Shown: piece by piece, positions 44,244 through 53,700 of the stretch
Numbering within the stretch: the stretch's first letter is position 1
Layout of the letters: each line of letters begins with the position of its first letter
NCBI GenBank assembly: GCA_964430735.1
Contig: CAYSFB010000002.1
Location: forward strand, 7,390-71,389
DNA from: an uncultured Planctomycetia bacterium
GTDB taxonomy: Bacteria; Omnitrophota; Gorgyraeia; 2-02-FULL-51-18; JAGOUK01
DNA length: 64,000 nt
Direction of reading: 5' to 3'
Notes under the pieces: generated by a model
Seen by the model: the letters and a program-made list of their open reading frames with translations, nothing else
Database searches by the model: none
Told to the model about the DNA's origin: nothing
Translations under genes and position numbers: made by a program

Positions 44244-44764
44244 TTGGAAGGCGCGGAGAGTTTTTTAAGGATCTTGCGGCGTTTGAGCCAGCCCAGGCGT
44301 TCGACGAAGATCATGCCGTTCAGGTGGTCCATCTCGTGCTGGAAAATCCGCGCGAGCAGGCCCTTGGCCGCGACTTCGACGGTCTTCCCATCGAGCGTCG
44401 TCGCCCGCAGCGTCACTTCGCGGAAGCGTTTGACCGGCTCGTACGCTTCGCGGACGCTCAAGCACCCTTCGAAGTCGCGGACTTCGCCGGACTGGCGGAT
44501 GATCTCGGGATTGATGTAAACGAGCTCCCTGCCTTTGACGCCGTCGGCGGACGCGACGAAGATGCGCTTCGCGACGCCGACCTGATTGGCCGCGAGCCCG
44601 ACGCCCTTTTCCTCGTGCATCGTCTCGATCATATCGGCGACGAAGTTGCGTTCCCAGTCGCCGATCGACGTGACCTCTTCCGTCCGTGTCTGCAGCACCG
44701 GATGCGGGTATTGGACGACTTTGAGTCTAGCCACCGACGCATTCCTTGAGCGTCTGGACCTCAT
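44240..44764 (-). CDS. def: Peptide deformylase
   Basis: GVGLAANQVG, EGCLS and HEMDHLNG metal-binding motifs are present. A GTG at 44734, 5 nt after the rsuA stop, is a more likely start than the ATG at 44764. Confidence 0.85.
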   Translation of the reverse strand: MRSRRSRNASVARLKVVQYPHPVLQTRTEEVTSIGDWERNFVADMIETMHEEKGVGLAANQVGVAKRIFVASADGVKGRELVYINPEIIRQSGEVRDFEGCLSVREAYEPVKRFREVTLRATTLDGKTVEVAAKGLLARIFQHEMDHLNGMIFVERLGWLKRRKILKKLSAPSK

Positions 44765-45443
44765 CCGCGGACAGGGGGCGGTATTCGCCGGGCTTGAGGC
44801 GCCCGAGTTTGAGCGGACCGTACTCGAAGCGGTGAATTTCTTTGCAGTGGCGGCCCAGAATCTCCATCATCTTGCGGATCTGGCGGTTCTTGCCTTCGTG
44901 CAGAACGACCTCGTACGCGAAGCCGCGCTTGTCGACGGGGCCATGGTCGGTGATCTTGCAGGTGGAGGTCGTCTGACCTTCGATCTTGAGGCCTTTTTGG
45001 AACTTCATCATCTGCTCGGGACCCAGCGGACCGTCGAGCAGCACGGCATAGCGTTTTTCGACGCCCTTCGACGGGTGCATGAGGCCGTTCGCGAGCGCAC
45101 CGTCGTTGGTCATGACCAGAAGTCCCGTGGAGTTCCGGTCGAGGCGTCCCACCGGAAACACACGCGCTTTGACTTTGGTGAAAAAGTCGGTGACTTTCTT
45201 GCGGCCCTGCTCGTCCGCCGCGGTCGTGATCACGTTCATCGGCTTGTAAAAAAGGTAATACTCGCAGGCTTCCGGCTCGACCTTGCGGCCCTTGAATTCG
45301 ACCGTGTCCTTGCCGGGGTCGACCGGATGCCCGGCGGCTTTGACGACGGTGCCGTTCACCTTTACGAGCCCCTGCTCGATCAGTTCGGCCGATTTGCGGC
45401 GGCTCGCGACACCCGCGTCCGCGAGATACGATTGGAGTCTCAT
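44727..45443 (-). CDS. Pseudouridine synthase, RsuA/RluB family (S4 domain + catalytic domain)
   Basis: An N-terminal S4 region (MRLQSYLADAGVASRRKSAELIEQGLVKVNG) is followed by the catalytic block VGRLDRNSTGLLVMTNDG and RQIRKMMEILG. Confidence 0.75.
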   Translation of the reverse strand: MRLQSYLADAGVASRRKSAELIEQGLVKVNGTVVKAAGHPVDPGKDTVEFKGRKVEPEACEYYLFYKPMNVITTAADEQGRKKVTDFFTKVKARVFPVGRLDRNSTGLLVMTNDGALANGLMHPSKGVEKRYAVLLDGPLGPEQMMKFQKGLKIEGQTTSTCKITDHGPVDKRGFAYEVVLHEGKNRQIRKMMEILGRHCKEIHRFEYGPLKLGRLKPGEYRPLSADEVQTLKECVGG

Positions 45444-45985
45444 TTTTTCCTCAGATCAAAATACCGGTATAAACCGATGATGGATTTGGCGTCGCAGATA
45501 CGGCCGGACTTGAGCATGCGCTTCACCTGGGCCGTACTGAACTCGCCGACGGTGATATGCTCGTCGGCGTCGAGGTTCATTCTGCCCTTTGTCACGCCGG
45601 ATATCAAATAAAGGTAGGTCACTTCGTCGCTGCCGGCCGGAGCGCCGGCGTACCAGCCGAGGCTGACGACCTTGCCCGGGATCCAGCCGGTCTCTTCCTG
45701 ACATTCCCGAACCGCGCACGTCCTGGGCGATTCACCCGCGTCCACGGTCCCGGCGGGCAGCTCCCACAGGGTCTTGTTGATCCCGTACCGGTACTGCCGG
45801 ACGAGCACGAACCGGTCCGGCGCGCGCAGGACGACCATCGCGCTCACGCGCGGCCGGCGGATCCAGACTTTTTCGGACACGCGGCCGCCGCCACCGGGCA
45901 TTTTTGCCCGGTCGCGGAGGACCGTGAGCCGCTTCGACTCGAAGACGAGGGTGCGCTGAACGCGCGGGCGGGTATCCGAAGCCAA
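45440..45985 (-). CDS. NUDIX hydrolase
   Basis: Nudix box GTVDAGESPRTCAVRECQEETGW; 181 aa. Confidence 0.8.
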   Translation of the reverse strand: MASDTRPRVQRTLVFESKRLTVLRDRAKMPGGGGRVSEKVWIRRPRVSAMVVLRAPDRFVLVRQYRYGINKTLWELPAGTVDAGESPRTCAVRECQEETGWIPGKVVSLGWYAGAPAGSDEVTYLYLISGVTKGRMNLDADEHITVGEFSTAQVKRMLKSGRICDAKSIIGLYRYFDLRKK

Positions 45986-45986
45986 G

Positions 45987-46676
45987 TTACGCGTACTGAG
46001 CCAGCGTCTCGATGAGTTCCTTGCCCTTGTCGGAGGCCTGGACCGAACGCTTCATCAGGATCGATTCGGAGTTGGAGCCGGCGCCGTAATAGGAGCTGTT
46101 GGCGTCCCGGTCTTCGTTGATCGCCATGCCGTCCAGCGCCACGCCGGCAAAGAGGCCGCGCGAACGCGAGTACGAATAGACGCTCGACTTCATCTGCCAG
46201 TCGGTCTTGCCTTCGGCGTCGCGGCCCACGGGACCCGCGGCGACCGACGCGTCCACGCCGAGCGTGAACTTGTTCTCGAGGAAGCCGCGCACGCCGCGCT
46301 CATTGGTGATCACGAGCACCGCGTCGGAGGCCTGACCGCCGATCTGGAAGCCCACGCTGCCGCCGGACATGCGGTAAAACGCCGGAGCGCTCCACTTGCC
46401 GGTCGCTTCGTCGCGCACCAGCACCACGCCGTTGCCGTACTGGCCGGCAACGACGAATCCCGCCTTCACCATGCTCGGAAAAATCGCGATCGCCTTGGCG
46501 CTCTTGAGGAGGCTCGAAGGAATCCGGTCCTGCTCCGGCATCTGCATATATTCCTTCAGAATCTCTTTTGATTCCCAAATTCGGTTGTCCAAATCCGCCG
46601 CCTGCGCCGCAACCGGCATCGTCACGATCGCTGCCACCACCATCATTTTGCTGAACGTCTTCATGTTGTTTGCCAT
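45987..46676 (-). CDS. Secreted SYLF/Ysc84 (DUF500) domain protein
   Basis: A signal peptide (MKTFSKMMVVAAIVTMPVAAQA) is followed by the glycine-rich GGSVGFQIGGQASDAVLVI / GAGSNSESIL pattern typical of SYLF lipid-binding domains. Confidence 0.55.
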   Translation of the reverse strand: MANNMKTFSKMMVVAAIVTMPVAAQAADLDNRIWESKEILKEYMQMPEQDRIPSSLLKSAKAIAIFPSMVKAGFVVAGQYGNGVVLVRDEATGKWSAPAFYRMSGGSVGFQIGGQASDAVLVITNERGVRGFLENKFTLGVDASVAAGPVGRDAEGKTDWQMKSSVYSYSRSRGLFAGVALDGMAINEDRDANSSYYGAGSNSESILMKRSVQASDKGKELIETLAQYA

Positions 46677-46682
46677 TCCCTC

Positions 46683-48545
46683 TTATTTAACGATACCGTT
46701 CTCGAGCCAGGTGTATTTTCCGTCGAAGACCTCGCGTCCGACTTTGTAGACGGTGTCGTCGTCGTTCCACAGCACGTCTTCCAGCGCCCGGTCGATCCGG
46801 GTGCGGGCCTGGCGGCAGAACAGGTCGCAGAGCGCGACCGCGTTGGCCGCGCCGGCGTCGCCTTGCTTGGCTAGGTGCGACGCGTGCGAGATCGCGCAGC
46901 TCATCGCGAAGATGTCGGTGCCGACGTCGACGAGGCGGGCCAGCACGTTCTGCCGGCGTTCGAGCTTCGACTGGTGGATCGCCATCGCATGGAACATGTT
47001 CCGCGCGGTGCGCCGGGAGAGACGCTCGCAGGCCTTGAGGTGCCCCTTGAGCTTGCCCGGAACGCCGCTGGCGTTGACGAAGTTCGGAAGAAGCCACAGC
47101 TTCGGGTACCAGGTCGCGTACTTGAGACCCAGCTTGAGGAAGGCGCCGAGCTTCACGCCCAGGCTCCCCTTGCCGAAGAGCGGCGAGGCGAGCTTCAGAT
47201 GCCAGTCCATCGCCTCGCGCGCGATGAAGAGGTGCATGATGTCGCTGGTGCCTTCGATGATGATGTTGATGCGGCAGTCGCGCAGGATGCGCTCGGCCGG
47301 GATCGGATCTTCTCCGCCGCGGCCGCGCAGCGAGTCCGCCGTCTCATACCCGCGTCCGCCGCGGATCTGGACGGTGTCGTCCGCGATGCGCCAGGCGTGT
47401 TCGGTGCAGAACAGCTTCGACATCGCGGCTTCGAGGCGCATGTCGGTCTTGCCGGAATCGGCGACCGCCGATACGTACCAAGTCATCGCTTCCATCGCGA
47501 ACGTGTTCGCGGTCATGGTCGCGATTTTGGAGGCGACGGCTTCGTGCTTGCCGATCTCCGCGCCCCACTGCTTGCGCTTGACCGACCATTCGCGGACGAT
47601 CTTGACGCAGAGCTTGGCCATCGCGCTCGTCGCCGCCGGGACCGTCAGACGTCCCGTGTTCAGCGTGATGAGGGCGAGCTTCAAGCCCTGCCCCTCGCCG
47701 AGGAGGATGTTCTCGCGCGGGACGCGGACGTTTTCGAACTTGATGAGACCGTTCTGAATGCCGTGCAGGCCCATGAAGCTGCAGCGATGCAGGACCTTGA
47801 TGCCGGGCATGTTCTTTTCGACGATGAACGCCGTGATCTGTTTGCGTTCCTTGCCCTTGATGACCTTCGGGGGCGTCTGGGCCATGACGATGAGGATGTC
47901 CGCGATCGGACCGTTCGTGCACCAGAGCTTGGTTCCATTGATCAGGAAGTCCTTGCCGTCCTCGGTCGGAGTGGCCATGGTCGACATCTTGGCGGGGTCC
48001 GAACCGACTTCCGGCTCGGTCAGCGCAAACGCCGAGATGTACCGGCCCGCGAAGCGCGGGAGGAATTTTTTCTTCTGCTCGGGCGTTCCGAAGAGCTTGA
48101 GGGGCTGGGGCACGCCGATCGACTGATGCGCCGACAGCATCACGGCCGTCGAACCGCAATAGCTGGAGACGAGACCGACGATGCGGTTGTAATTGATCTG
48201 GCTCAAGCCCTGGCCGCCGTACTCCTTGGGGATCTTGAGGGCGAAAAGGCCCATCTGGGCGAAGCCTTCGTAGACTTTTTCGGGGATGATGCCGGTGCGG
48301 TCGACCTCGTCCGGATCGAGGTTTTCTTTGAGGAACTTCTCGACCTTCGCGACGAACGCGTCGCCGATGGCGCGGTCCTCGGCGGACTGCGCGGGATACG
48401 GATGCAGGAGCTTCCAGTCGAACTTGCCTTCGAACACCTGGGCAACGAAGCTCGGCAGCTTCCAGTCGGATTCGCGCGCCGATTCCGCGACGTCGAGCGC
48501 CGCGCGTTTGTCGGCGGACATTTTCATTGCGTCAAACATTTCCAT
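46683..48545 (-). CDS. Acyl-CoA dehydrogenase (long FadE/ACAD9-like form)
   Basis: 620 aa. ACAD core motifs are present (FALTEPEVGSD..., INGTKLWCTNGPIADI..., IRGGRGYET). Confidence 0.8.
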   Translation of the reverse strand: MEMFDAMKMSADKRAALDVAESARESDWKLPSFVAQVFEGKFDWKLLHPYPAQSAEDRAIGDAFVAKVEKFLKENLDPDEVDRTGIIPEKVYEGFAQMGLFALKIPKEYGGQGLSQINYNRIVGLVSSYCGSTAVMLSAHQSIGVPQPLKLFGTPEQKKKFLPRFAGRYISAFALTEPEVGSDPAKMSTMATPTEDGKDFLINGTKLWCTNGPIADILIVMAQTPPKVIKGKERKQITAFIVEKNMPGIKVLHRCSFMGLHGIQNGLIKFENVRVPRENILLGEGQGLKLALITLNTGRLTVPAATSAMAKLCVKIVREWSVKRKQWGAEIGKHEAVASKIATMTANTFAMEAMTWYVSAVADSGKTDMRLEAAMSKLFCTEHAWRIADDTVQIRGGRGYETADSLRGRGGEDPIPAERILRDCRINIIIEGTSDIMHLFIAREAMDWHLKLASPLFGKGSLGVKLGAFLKLGLKYATWYPKLWLLPNFVNASGVPGKLKGHLKACERLSRRTARNMFHAMAIHQSKLERRQNVLARLVDVGTDIFAMSCAISHASHLAKQGDAGAANAVALCDLFCRQARTRIDRALEDVLWNDDDTVYKVGREVFDGKYTWLENGIVK

Positions 48546-49194
48546 GAGTCAGCTCCTCCCATTGCCGGGGGTTATCGAACACGCGAAAACTGCCGTCGCG
48601 CGTCACTGTGTCGTAACCGTAAGTCACCCATCCAAACTTGATACCGGCGTTCACCGCCGTCTGCCGGTCGATCTCGCTGTCGCCGATCAAAATCGTCTTG
48701 GCCGGATCCGCGCCGTATTGCGCGACCGCCGCGAGCACCCCTTCTCCGGACGGCTTGGCCGCATATTTCCAGCCGGTGCCGATCACCGGGTCGAAGATCC
48801 CGTCGAGTCCGACCTCTTTGAGCAGCCGGTCCGTCAGCACATGCGGCTTGTTTGTCACGATCGCCTTCGCGAACCGGCCCAGAGGACCCAGCAGCATGTC
48901 GGTCACGCCCGGGTACTCGACCGAATGCACCACGAGGTTGTCCACGTAATGCGACCGGTACAGCTCGCAGGCCCGCTCCAACGCCTCGCCCGCAAGCGGC
49001 TCGCGCCCCTGCGTCGCGGCGCTCAATTGATTCAGCAGCTCGTGCACGCCGCGGCCGATCGCGTGCTTCACTTCCGCCAGGTCGCGCTCACGGTACCCCG
49101 TCTCGCGCAGCACGAAGTTCGCGCTGGCCATGATGTCGGGGGCCGTATCCACGAGCGTTCCGTCCAGGTCAAAGATCAAAAGGTCGTAGCTCAA
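48532..49194 (-). CDS. HAD-superfamily hydrolase (phosphoglycolate-phosphatase-like)
   Basis: Motif I (LLIFDLDGTLVDT), motif II (VTNKP), and motif III/IV (K...GDSEID). Confidence 0.75.
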   Translation of the reverse strand: MSYDLLIFDLDGTLVDTAPDIMASANFVLRETGYRERDLAEVKHAIGRGVHELLNQLSAATQGREPLAGEALERACELYRSHYVDNLVVHSVEYPGVTDMLLGPLGRFAKAIVTNKPHVLTDRLLKEVGLDGIFDPVIGTGWKYAAKPSGEGVLAAVAQYGADPAKTILIGDSEIDRQTAVNAGIKFGWVTYGYDTVTRDGSFRVFDNPRQWEELTHGNV

Positions 49195-49202
49195 AACAAA
49201 GG

Positions 49203-49538
49203 TTATTTCTTTTTGCTTCCGCGGCTGAACTGAAGGACCGTGGCCTTGGCTTTTTCGACCTCAGCCTCGTCCTTCATGCCTTTTTTCATATAAAAAACCG
49301 ACAAATTCACATGCGCCATGAGCGACTCGGGGTCCTTTTCGGCCAGGCGCTTCATCAGATCGATCGCTTCGTCGAGACGGCCGAGCTTGCTGTAAACCAC
49401 CGCGAGGCTCTCGTACGTTTCCAGGAAGTCCGGTGCGTCGGCGAGGATTGCCTCGAGCTCTGCCGCGCACGCCTCGGGCTTCTTTTGGATCAAGAGCTCC
49501 AGCGCCGCTCCCAGGCGGCGCCGAAGTTCATCGGACAT
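49203..49538 (-). CDS. TPR-repeat protein
   Basis: 111 aa with 2-3 TPR-like helical repeats (ETYESLAVVYSKLGRLDEAIDLMKRLAEKDP). Confidence 0.5.
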   Translation of the reverse strand: MSDELRRRLGAALELLIQKKPEACAAELEAILADAPDFLETYESLAVVYSKLGRLDEAIDLMKRLAEKDPESLMAHVNLSVFYMKKGMKDEAEVEKAKATVLQFSRGSKKK

Positions 49539-50025
49539 ACGCCGCGTCGACGCTGCACGCGCCGAAGCCCGGCCGGGCGCGCATCCCCAGAACCACCAGC
49601 GCCGTCAGAACCAAATCCATCGCAAAAACACCCGGCAGCGGAATCGAGATCAGCTCGCCGAAACATCCACATTCGTCCATCGGCAGCCGGCGCACGAGCG
49701 CCTGACCGACCGCGACCAAAAAAATCCCGAACATCGCCAGGATTGCCTTGCCCGAGACACGGGTCCACAGTCCCAGCATGAAAAAAACGCCAGCGACGAG
49801 CTCAAGCCACGGAAGTGTCTGCGCCAACAATGCCGCGCGCCCGCCGCCGATCATCTGATACTGCTCGATCACGTACGCAAAATTCTGATAAGGCCCGATC
49901 AACTTCTCAAAACCGGAGACGGCGAACATGAACCCGACTCCGACACGGACGGCGGTCCAAAGGTCCGGTCGTGCCGGCGGAAGCGCGGCCGGCCGCTTCC
50001 CTTGCCTGGCGTGCTTAGTGGGCAT
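49528..50025 (-). CDS. DoxX/MauE-like integral membrane protein (redox partner of the adjacent thioredoxin-fold protein)
   Basis: 165 aa with four predicted TM helices. A Cys pair (DECGCFGEL) lies in a periplasmic loop. It overlaps the downstream DsbA-like gene by 11 nt. Confidence 0.45.
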   Translation of the reverse strand: MPTKHARQGKRPAALPPARPDLWTAVRVGVGFMFAVSGFEKLIGPYQNFAYVIEQYQMIGGGRAALLAQTLPWLELVAGVFFMLGLWTRVSGKAILAMFGIFLVAVGQALVRRLPMDECGCFGELISIPLPGVFAMDLVLTALVVLGMRARPGFGACSVDAAYVR

Positions 50026-50725
50026 GTCCGGCGTGCGGATCCGCTCCGGCAGCTGCGGGTCTCGGCGCGGTATTGTCGGCCGGCAGCACGATCGTGGCCG
50101 CGTCGGGGAATCGCTTGGTCATCTCCGCCGACATCGCCTGAAAGCCCACAATCATGGTCCCGTTGATGAAAAAAGTGGGGGTCGACTTGAGGCCCAGCTG
50201 AAGCCCTTCATTCCGGTCCGCGAGGATCCGCTGCTCGGCGGAAGGATCGGCCTGGCACCGGTCGAGCTCGGTCATATTGACTCCCGACTGATGGGCCGCT
50301 TGACGCAAAATGGCCGTGGCGTCGGCCAGGTCCCGCCAAGAAGGCTGGGACAGCATGACCGCGTTGTGCGTGGGCCAGAACTTCCCCTGCATCCGGGAGC
50401 ACTCGACCAGCTTGGCGGCAACCATGCTATGCGCGTGACCGCGCAGCGGGAAGTATTTGACTTCGATGTAGATGTCCTGAGGATGACGCTTGGCGAGTTC
50501 GTGGAGGAAGTAGGAGCTTTTGGCACAGGAGGGACACTGGTAATCGATGAATTCGACGATGCGGACGGGAGCGGACACATCACCCATGGCTTTGGGCGCC
50601 GCCATCATGGCCTGCCTGGGCTGATCCGCCGCAGTCCCCCGAGCCGTCCGAACTCCGTAAACGCCGCCGACCAGAACCGAGACCACCAAAACGGAAAGTA
50701 GTGTTTTTGATATTTTCATCAGCAT
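50015..50725 (-). CDS. Secreted DsbA-like thiol:disulfide oxidoreductase (thioredoxin fold)
   Basis: A signal peptide (MLMKISKTLLSVLVVSVLVGGVYG) is followed by the CPSC active site (DYQCPSCAK) in a DsbA-like context. Confidence 0.65.
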   Translation of the reverse strand: MLMKISKTLLSVLVVSVLVGGVYGVRTARGTAADQPRQAMMAAPKAMGDVSAPVRIVEFIDYQCPSCAKSSYFLHELAKRHPQDIYIEVKYFPLRGHAHSMVAAKLVECSRMQGKFWPTHNAVMLSQPSWRDLADATAILRQAAHQSGVNMTELDRCQADPSAEQRILADRNEGLQLGLKSTPTFFINGTMIVGFQAMSAEMTKRFPDAATIVLPADNTAPRPAAAGADPHAGHAH

Positions 50726-50795
50726 AATATAGCAATTCTAACCGATTTTTACCACCCCCGACTGTTTTGGGTGAAAAAGCGGTCAAATCGACGCG

Positions 50796-53700
50796 TTATG
50801 CTGAGATCGCCGCCAACCGGATAGCCGTCAGGATTTGCTGAAAAACCTCCCAGGCCCGGCGCATCGGCCGGAGCTTATGGAGGTTCAAAACCTCCCGCTC
50901 GGCCGCTTCCTGAGGAACCCGCTGGACCTTGGCTAGAATTGCGACCGGCAGTTCGACACCAAAAAGCGTGCTCAGTACCGACGTGCAGATCGGGTCCGCG
51001 GCCAAGGAGGCGGCGCCCCCTTCCCAGCGCGCCAGCCGCGCGCCTGCCAGAACCGCCCTGATCACGTCCGGGTTCGGATCCGATACAAATCCCACGGCGC
51101 CAGGCTTAAGATCTGCAGCATTCAAGGCGATGACCGCTTCGGAATAATCGGCCGCATCCGGAGCCGGAACCCGGCCCGTGAAGTTCTCGACCTGGCTCAG
51201 TTCCAAATAAATCCCCCGAACTGCCAGCCGAGCCGCAGCCGCAGCCAGCACCTCGCTCTGCTCGAACCTCCTGGCCGGATCAATCGCGAGGACGCCGCGC
51301 TCCAGCCGGACCAATACCCGGCGCTCCGAACCGGCCTCGGCCCCCTTCAACAGATCTGACAACTGCGACAGAGCCCGTTCGCCTTCCGCTTCTGAAGCAT
51401 ACGCCAGGGCGCCGGCGACCGGCTTCCATCCCGACAATCCAAAGAACTGCATGAAAGAATCCGGCCAGCCCGCCAGCCGCGCGCCGCTCTTGCTTTCCTG
51501 CAATGCGCGCAAGTCCAGGATGGCTTTTTGAACTGGCTTGACCGCGCTGGGCCTAAAACGGTGAATCCAGTTCTTGATGCTCTTGTCGCTCCGATCGCCG
51601 AAACGGGCGTCGTGCTTTTGGAGCTCCTGCAGAAGCCTGTCAAAATCCTCCGGATGCGCATCGGGATCCATCAAAACACGGTCCAATGATGCCGACAGGT
51701 GCGGGTTGGCCAGCGCAGCCGCTTCAACCGTGAAGAGAAGCCCCAACCTCCATGCGTTGGGCATCCTGTTGCTTGGGGCGTTCCGGAGCATGCCCTCCTG
51801 TTCGGTCAGAATTTGGATCAGCCGGTCCGCACGATCGGCGAACCACTCATAGCCGGGTTTCCACGCATCTTTCCGGTCCTTGTAATACTGGCGGTCTTCC
51901 AGCCAGATCAATCTGCCCCGAAGCAGTCCGGCCGGCTGAACAGCGGCCAGGAATCGGCCGATGGCTTGGTGCAAACGCCCGCGCAAAGCAGGATTGTTCG
52001 TTTGCGCTTCAAGCGCCCGGCGCAGCGACGGCATGTACATGTGGATGTCAAAAAAATCCCGCTTGTGGTTCAGGTGCGCTGCCCCGAAAAGCAGATCGGT
52101 CGCCACCGCCTCAAGTCCGGCGTCGCCCGGAAGCAGGACGAGATTGCGCGAAAGCCGCTGATACCCTTCAATCAGGCGCTTATCATTAGCATCCACGAAG
52201 TAGGAGAGATTCAAGACCAGAAGGAGCGGCAAGGAAAGAGGGCCCGCCGATTCGTACCATCTTCCGCTTTGAACATCCGAATTATACCGATCGACCAATC
52301 GTCCAACGGCGGCCATCTCCTCCGGGTCGGCGCTGCCTCCTCGCTCAAGCAAGTACATCGCCGAGGTCATCAATAGCCGCACGGCGTCCGTCGATCCGTC
52401 CCGCGCGGACTTCAGCTTCAAGCGATCCAGATTGAGCAGCAGCAGCTGCCGGCCTTCGTCCGACAGGACGGATTCCAGAAGATTGGATGCACGGGCGCTG
52501 GCCTCTGATCTCCAGTCATAATCCGGGTCTGCGGCGGAGACTGCTGCTCGAATCAATTCAGCGCGGACATCCACGATCCCGGCGCCTGCCTGACCTTGAT
52601 TCGCCAGCCGCGCGCCCTCCAAGGGGGACTCCGCAGGCCGTTCCGCCGTGAGGACGCGCAGAAACTCGCGGTTCTTCGCTTCGGCACCGGCAAACGGATC
52701 CCGCTGGTCTACTTGAAAGCCGGAATGCTGATAGCGGGTCCGGTTCTGCTGCATGGCGATGCGATGAGCCCATTCATCAACAAAACCCGGATCCGTCGTG
52801 TATCCGCCGTGAATAACGCGGCGAACTTGCGGGTGGTTGGAGGCGATGCGGGAGATCGCGGCATCCGGATGATCATCCGGCCGTTGGTCCAATCGGTCGA
52901 TTGGTCCATAAATCTGCCAGGGCCCCATGTCGGCGACGATGCCGGTCAGGGGCGCCCCGATCACATGCATCGCTGTCTCGAGCTTGCCGTCAAATTCTTC
53001 CGCCGTCACGTCGCCGGGAAGCTCCAAATAATCCGGATTCACCCCGCGACCCGGGGCGTTCCAGGACTCTTTCCAAAGATAGGCGCGCGAGACCTCAAGC
53101 CCCCTCTCCTCCTTTTCGACCAGCACGGCCTTGCGGTTCATACGCATCAGGATGCGCGACAGGACGGCGTCTTCGCCTGATCCGACATCCAGCCACCATC
53201 CCTCCGGCAGCCGGCCCTGACGCCAATCGTCCAGCAGTTGACCGATCATCACCGCGGTGAACATGCTCATGGACATGCCCGGATACTTTTTCATTTCCAT
53301 CGCGGCGAAAGAGGACGGATGAATCAGCAGGATGTTGCCGGAGTGCTTTTCATACACGTCTCCAAGCAAGCGGATCAAGCGGTCCATTTCGCGGCGCACC
53401 GCCAGCGAGTCCCGGCCATTGCCCGAGAAGCCTTCGGTGAGATTGACAAAAATCAGCGGTCCGACACGAATCACATGCGCGTACGGGGCCAGATGGGAAT
53501 GCCCCGGAACCCGGAACCCCTCTCGGCTCAAGACGATCGGAACCGTCCGTCCCGGTCCGAACGTCATGACATGTACGGGCTCGAATTGCGATTCCGGATC
53601 CCCATAATCAGGAACGATTTTTTTCAGAACCTCGCGGGCCAGTCGGTCGGCTTCCGCTTCAGTAAGATCGTGCAGCGGCGCTGCTGGGACAACCCTCATC

